Shown here in pieces: positions 58,895 to 64,000 of a stretch of 64,000 bases of DNA (position 1 is its first letter; each line of letters opens with the position of its first letter). This stretch comes from Tetramitus jugosus (Eukaryota; Protista; Heterolobosea). The notes beneath the pieces are model-generated. The model ran no database searches, was not told where the DNA came from, and saw only the letters and a list, made by a program, of their open reading frames with translations. The position numbers were made by a program, and so were the translations under genes. The stretch spans positions 186,001 through 250,000 of the forward strand of contig OW569394.1 in the NCBI GenBank assembly GCA_937625935.1, in the 5' to 3' direction.

Positions 58895-59809
58895 TTGTTG
58901 ATGAATAGCGAAGATGATGATCTCCAGTTCGAACACGAGTTTTTCATGTTGTATGAGAGCTATCCTGTGCCTGATGCGCCGCAGCTCTTGTCCAAGATTC
59001 AAGAAAAACAAGTATCGTCTCGTCAAGAGAGAGAAAACCAATTTTGTCCACTTGAAATAAAGTTGTCAACAGTGGAAGAAAATGTACTTGTGACTAGAAG
59101 CACTTTTGACAGGATGAATTCATTGTTGGCAATGACAACTACAGTGGATGCTGAGTGGGCTCAACAAGAATACCTGAATCTATGTCAAATGGATAGTTTG
59201 GACTATCAAGAGTATCCGCTCTTGTTTCCAATATCAAAGGATGTATCTGAGGTAAATATCAGTCGTGACAATTGTGAAGCTGAAGTCAGTGGATCTGTAG
59301 TTATGAACCCAACCAGGGAGACAAAACAGCAGATAAAAGCCAATAAGAACCAGAGCAACAAGAGAACGAATGGTGTGAAAAAAAGAGTTCAGAGGCAAGA
59401 TATCTCAACTAGGAATCGAATCAATAATAGAGCTCACAAAGAAGTCAACAAGAGTGTTCTACATGACCCAAAGCAATCGTCCATCACGCAGTTCACGTGC
59501 GCTCGTAAAACAGAGCCAAACATGAAACGGTTGACTCCAAACAAGAACAAGAAACCTCCAAGTGAACCAATTCAAGTCAAAATGGACAATTTTACAGTGA
59601 AGAAGCAAGAAGTAGAAGTCCTTACCTCCCATGAGAGTTCAATACAGGCAGGGAACATCACAGTACAAGAGCCGAAAATTGACCGCAACTCCGTAAGAAA
59701 GCGAAGATTCATTGACGACCTCCCGTTGATGTCTTTGGACATAGATGTCGTTATTTCCCTTTTTGGATGTTTGTCGGGTGGTTTACAGGAAGCGGATATG
59801 TACAAATGA
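58895..59809 (+). CDS. Hypothetical protein (~300 aa), acidic N-half and basic C-half
   Basis: Intact ORF (ATG at 58901); no recognised domain. Confidence 0.6.
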   Translation: MLMNSEDDDLQFEHEFFMLYESYPVPDAPQLLSKIQEKQVSSRQERENQFCPLEIKLSTVEENVLVTRSTFDRMNSLLAMTTTVDAEWAQQEYLNLCQMDSLDYQEYPLLFPISKDVSEVNISRDNCEAEVSGSVVMNPTRETKQQIKANKNQSNKRTNGVKKRVQRQDISTRNRINNRAHKEVNKSVLHDPKQSSITQFTCARKTEPNMKRLTPNKNKKPPSEPIQVKMDNFTVKKQEVEVLTSHESSIQAGNITVQEPKIDRNSVRKRRFIDDLPLMSLDIDVVISLFGCLSGGLQEADMYK

Positions 59810-60019
59810 TATAGTCCGAAGGTAGTCCAACATAGAGCCTGTAACAACGACGGGCAATAGAGGAGAAAATCTTCATATTAAAGGGTTTGAATAGAGAGAG
59901 ATTTATGATCTTTCTTTATTCACTAATCTGACTATCAAAAATCACAGATTCACTCCAGTCACAAGTTCAGTACTATCAAATAGGTTCTTCGCTTGGAATA
60001 ATCGAAAGTAATTCACCTT

Positions 60020-61465
60020 ATGTTCTTCAACAATAGTAAACCAATCAGAGAAAACAACAATCAATTCTATCGCAAGCCGAGCAATCAAAGTATCAGTCTG
60101 TTACCATCATCGAGCAATGTTCTATCACAGAGAGTACATCTTTCATCCAGTACACCAATGGCCTTGGATAGTACATCGACCGAAACCTTCAGTAATCTGT
60201 ATCAATCTCAGAAGCTCTATTCATCACCAATGAACAATCCCAACAATTTTGTGCCCAGTTGCAACAGGAGCCAGGTGAACAGTCCAAATAACTTGCATTC
60301 TCCCTTTTCTCACTCCCCTTTACCTTCTCTATCTAGTCCCACGAATTCAATCTTGAACTCGAGAGACCTTACAAAAGTCAATCAACCATCACCTCTCCCT
60401 TTTGTATTTGGATTTCCCAGTTCCCAATCTCAGGACGCATCTTCAACTCCAATATTGTTGGATTTCAATGCATTTAAATCTATTCCAGTTTTTGAAGAAG
60501 CGAAACCTTATGATCCAAACGATCATGATTTTGTTAATTACAACAGTACCTCGAACAACATTCCAAAACAATCAGGTAACTCCTCAAAGACATCTGATAC
60601 TAATATTCAATCTCTACCTAGTAGTGAGCAACTCATCAAAACTCTTTCATCCGCTTCAGAAGCAGATCAAGTATCAAGAGAAGATTTAATAACATTGAAA
60701 CAAGCGTTTAATTTGTTCGATCGAAATGGGGATGGGAAGATCAGTTCAGAAGAGCTACAACATGTCCTTCAGTCGTTGCGATTAATATCTGACCAGGAGA
60801 TGATCTTACTGAATCAACAGTTTCATAGCACTGTTTCGCGAGATGGTTTGGCAATTGATTTCTATGACTTTATCAACCTGTTAAAGTCATCGCCCGAAGT
60901 TACATGTACCAATAGCCCAGATTGCAGAGTTATTCGATGGAACAACACCACTACAGCCGATGAGCAATCAACATTGAGTGAAAGCAAAAGATTTGACAGC
61001 ATGCCCGTCAGGAGAGTCAAATCACAGAAGAAGAACTTGAATCCATTGTTAAGATTCAAAAATTTCATATTTAGAGGGAGTAGTCGAGACAGTGCTTCCA
61101 GAGAGATTGCAGAGTCGAGCAAGAAGCAGACAAAGGAAAAAACTGAGGAAGAACAATTCGATATTGCTTCACCCAACAAATCTCAAAGCTATAACAACAA
61201 GAAGGACATGAAACGGTTCGGATCTATTCGGAAAGCTGATCCAACAACTCGTTTAGAAGAACTTCAATCTGTTTTCAACGTATTCGATGCAGACAGAGAT
61301 GGATTTATCTCTCCAGATGAACTTCGACAAGTAATGAACGAACTGGGAATGAACAAAGTCATGCAAGACAGTGAAGTTATTGAACTATTCCGACTAGTCA
61401 ACAGAGACATCGAAGGATCACTTAGTTTTCAAGATTTCCTAACGCTATTCTCCTTGTGTTGTTGA
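60020..61465 (+). CDS. Calmodulin-like EF-hand protein with S/P/N-rich N-extension and long inter-lobe linker (paralog of 35446-36771)
   Basis: LKQAFNLFDRNGDGKISSEE and VFNVFDADRDGFISPDE canonical loops; EF2 and EF4 degenerate; ends in CC. Confidence 0.85.
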   Translation: MFFNNSKPIRENNNQFYRKPSNQSISLLPSSSNVLSQRVHLSSSTPMALDSTSTETFSNLYQSQKLYSSPMNNPNNFVPSCNRSQVNSPNNLHSPFSHSPLPSLSSPTNSILNSRDLTKVNQPSPLPFVFGFPSSQSQDASSTPILLDFNAFKSIPVFEEAKPYDPNDHDFVNYNSTSNNIPKQSGNSSKTSDTNIQSLPSSEQLIKTLSSASEADQVSREDLITLKQAFNLFDRNGDGKISSEELQHVLQSLRLISDQEMILLNQQFHSTVSRDGLAIDFYDFINLLKSSPEVTCTNSPDCRVIRWNNTTTADEQSTLSESKRFDSMPVRRVKSQKKNLNPLLRFKNFIFRGSSRDSASREIAESSKKQTKEKTEEEQFDIASPNKSQSYNNKKDMKRFGSIRKADPTTRLEELQSVFNVFDADRDGFISPDELRQVMNELGMNKVMQDSEVIELFRLVNRDIEGSLSFQDFLTLFSLCC

Positions 61466-61631
61466 CAGACACTGATAGGTAGTAATGGTCAACAGGGATA
61501 CAATGACAAGAATACATCTCGTTTGGTTGAACCTTCAACCAAGTAAATTTCTGTTTTTTACCAAAAGAGACGGCGGAGTTTTCACAATAGATAACCCGCC
61601 AAAATCAAACAAAAAAAACCAAATTACAAAC

Positions 61632-62930
61632 ATGCATGACCAAACAACAACTCAAACGAACAACAACTACACTAAAAAAACACATGATGAAATCTTGCAA
61701 GAGCTATGGAAAAGAACCGATTGTGACTACTTGATTGTTTGTCATTCCAATCGTATGGCACTCGATGGTAACACTGCACTCGCAAAGCAATTGAACCAAA
61801 AGCATAGAAGACCATGGCTCAATAATGATGCCAATTTTTGCTTACCAAGTCAATATTGGAGACTCGTCCAAATTGAGGAAATCAAGAGCTACAAGCCATG
61901 TTTTTTGCTTGGAATGATGTTGTTTACGACGGAGCCATTGTGTTTGGACGGAAATGTTTCCCGCCATATTCCGCAAGTCGCGTCAAAATACCCCGCTCCG
62001 TTTTTATGGGGGGTGCGCGACGCGCCAAAAAATCACCAGTGGTTGCTTGAACCGATTACGGATCGAGGACCCAATGTGTTTGCGCTCGTGAATTGCGCCA
62101 ATGGAAAATGCTTGGACGGAAATGTGCTCTTGTGTGCGCACGCAGATGAGCAACATCGAGCTCCATTCTTGGCTCCATTTCGTTCACTGGCTCAAGTGTT
62201 GCCTAGTCAGTGTTGGGAGCTTACTCCTGTTCCTAGACATCTCATGTCTCGTTCTTCGAGCACTGCTCCCTTCTTGTCCAATGGCATTTACCAAATTACT
62301 TCGTGTTCCTTGTCATCCTCTTCAGCAGCCAATGCTTTTGTGGATAATGATGAGAATGAGAATGATGATAGTAGAGAGCAACTAGCACCTCCTCTTCATC
62401 CTGTGCAGCACAGCTGTCTCATTCATAGTGATCATGGTACCATGGGATTGGTGGATTGTTGGCAGACTCCTGCTGTTGTTGATGAGCAATCGTCATCATC
62501 ATTGGCTTCCTCCTGTCTGTCGTTTTCAACATCGACATCCATCGACTTGAACAACACACTCTGGCGAGTCACTCTCGTGCACAACAATCAGTTCATGATT
62601 GAAAAGTACAATGGTTATTCGACCAATAATCGATTGTTTATTTCGCATGAACCAGAGAGTGACAACAAGGTGGCTCTCAAGTGTTCTTCTGGTATCGGTG
62701 CGACTGAACGTGGCATGTTTTGGCAATTGTTTCAAAGCGAGCTCGAAACAAGTTCGACCTTTGATCCTAATGCCTTCTTTGTTGTCAATGTGGAGAATGG
62801 TCAGTGTTGGGATTCTGATGATTGCAAGATGGGTCTCAATGGATTTCCACTGGCTCCTCCAAGTCTCTCTCTCTTTGACTACAGAAAGCGGAATCCTTCT
62901 TGCGTGTGGGTGTTTAGAAAACAGGAGTAG
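61632..62930 (+). CDS. Ricin-B-like (beta-trefoil) repeat protein, no signal peptide; start at 61632 or 61485
   Basis: Repeated LDGN motifs and QxW-type ends (SQYW, NHQW, SQCW); LVNCANGKCLDG and VVNVENGQCWDS. Confidence 0.65.
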   Translation: MHDQTTTQTNNNYTKKTHDEILQELWKRTDCDYLIVCHSNRMALDGNTALAKQLNQKHRRPWLNNDANFCLPSQYWRLVQIEEIKSYKPCFLLGMMLFTTEPLCLDGNVSRHIPQVASKYPAPFLWGVRDAPKNHQWLLEPITDRGPNVFALVNCANGKCLDGNVLLCAHADEQHRAPFLAPFRSLAQVLPSQCWELTPVPRHLMSRSSSTAPFLSNGIYQITSCSLSSSSAANAFVDNDENENDDSREQLAPPLHPVQHSCLIHSDHGTMGLVDCWQTPAVVDEQSSSSLASSCLSFSTSTSIDLNNTLWRVTLVHNNQFMIEKYNGYSTNNRLFISHEPESDNKVALKCSSGIGATERGMFWQLFQSELETSSTFDPNAFFVVNVENGQCWDSDDCKMGLNGFPLAPPSLSLFDYRKRNPSCVWVFRKQE

Positions 62931-63258
62931 TATAATAGTAGGTGATATACTGCTGCTGCAAAAAGATCATCAGATTTCCGTGTTCGATTGAAGATTTCAA
63001 AAAATCTCGTGAGTGGTCAATGATCGGCACTGCTTTGAGCAAGGTCAGACTGATCTAGTCGGAGTTATCGAGTCACCATCTACAACTTGTACAGCGAAAA
63101 ACACTGTGGTGTCTCAATTTCCAAAATACGCGAGAATTTTAGTTCTTCAAGGGGTAATTGAGAGAACTTACAGAAGAACAACAACAACAACGATTTCTCT
63201 CTTCTATTCATAACATATCTCTTTTAAATTCATTCGTTTTGTGAGCAGAAGAAAACAA

Positions 63259-64000
63259 ATGATGAAGAGAAACAAACGATCGTTGATTGAGAATAGCTCG
63301 CTATTATTCTGTCTCTTGTTTGTACATGTATATCTTTATTGTTGGTGCTTTGGAAATGTATCTGCAAGTAAGTTGAAATGATTATTCATGTACGATTATT
63401 GGTTGTTTATGTAACATAACATATTTTATTGTTGTTTTTGTTGTCTTCTCGTGACGGAAATGATGAGCTTAGATACGTATGATTGTTTTGGTGTGTTAGC
63501 GAACAATGCTTCTGTTTGTTCTTCCCATGGCTTCTGTGTTGCTGAGGATACTTGTATGTGTCATGATAATTATCAATTGCCACATTGTCAAGATAGGAGC
63601 AGTGGTCATGTGTTTGCAGCTGGAGACAACACCAATAATCAATTGGGGGATCCAACGCTGAGTGCGTTAGGTTCTCTGACGATGATTCGAGCGGGAGACT
63701 ACCTTGGTTTGATGAGAGTGGAGGCAGTGTCTGCTGGTGACGGTTTTTCTCTCGCTCTCACAACAAAAGGAGAAGTGTATGCCTGGGGTAAAAACACTAA
63801 TGCTCAGTTAGGACTTGGTTTCAATTCTGTTCGTGTCTCCACTCCTACTCTAGTGAGAGGTGACATTGCAAATAAGAGAATTGTTTCGATTGCTGCGTGT
63901 TTTATTCATGCATTGGCAGCAGATTCTGATGGCAATGTTTATTCATGGGGCTCTAACCAGGCAACTGAGGAAGGAATCCTTATGAGTGGTTGGCTTGGAT
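63259..64000 (+). CDS. 5' part of an EGF/RCC1 receptor paralogous to 10727-25039; join(63259..63367,63473..>64000)
   Basis: Exon 1 MMKRNKRSLIENSSLLFCLLFVHVYLYCWCFGNVSA; phase-1 GTAAGT..TAG intron; exon 2 CFGVLANNASVCSSHGFCVAEDTCMCHD..MIRAGDYLGLMRVEAVSAGDGFSLALTTKGEVYAWG is colinear with the giant gene and open to the window edge. Confidence 0.92.

Overview
Gene-dense, AT-rich eukaryotic (protist) nuclear DNA in the standard code, with few short GT-AG introns. Gene content suggests a Naegleria-like heterolobosean amoeboflagellate, but that is inference. Bases 1-7000 are a transposon graveyard: a decayed piggyBac transposase (- strand), a decayed Mutator/MULE transposase with SWIM finger and chromodomain-like tail (+ strand), and two small chromodomain ORFs. 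The main candidate system is a family of surface receptors built from extracellular RCC1-repeat propellers spaced by EGF-like modules. It has three members here: (i) a ~4730-aa polycystin-1-like protein (6 propellers, 23 EGF-like repeats, REJ-like region, GPS motif, ~9 TM helices, no PLAT or TRPP channel domain) whose propellers vary at one homologous, sometimes Cys-rich loop; (ii) an RCC1-EGF-TM-TKL receptor kinase; (iii) the start of a paralog of (i) at the right edge, missed by the ORF track. Other notable genes: an ATPase-domain-only mitochondrial-type Hsp70, two 'split calmodulin' EF-hand paralogs, a NEK-like kinase-F-box-WD40 fusion, a UBL-F-box protein, a Zn2Cys6 transcription factor, and a tail-anchored/soluble tandem pair. 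Housekeeping-type genes include choline-phosphate cytidylyltransferase, CFAP69-like, SKA3-like, mL49, an LYR protein and tRNA-Gly(GCC). All family calls are motif recognition by eye; no database search was run.
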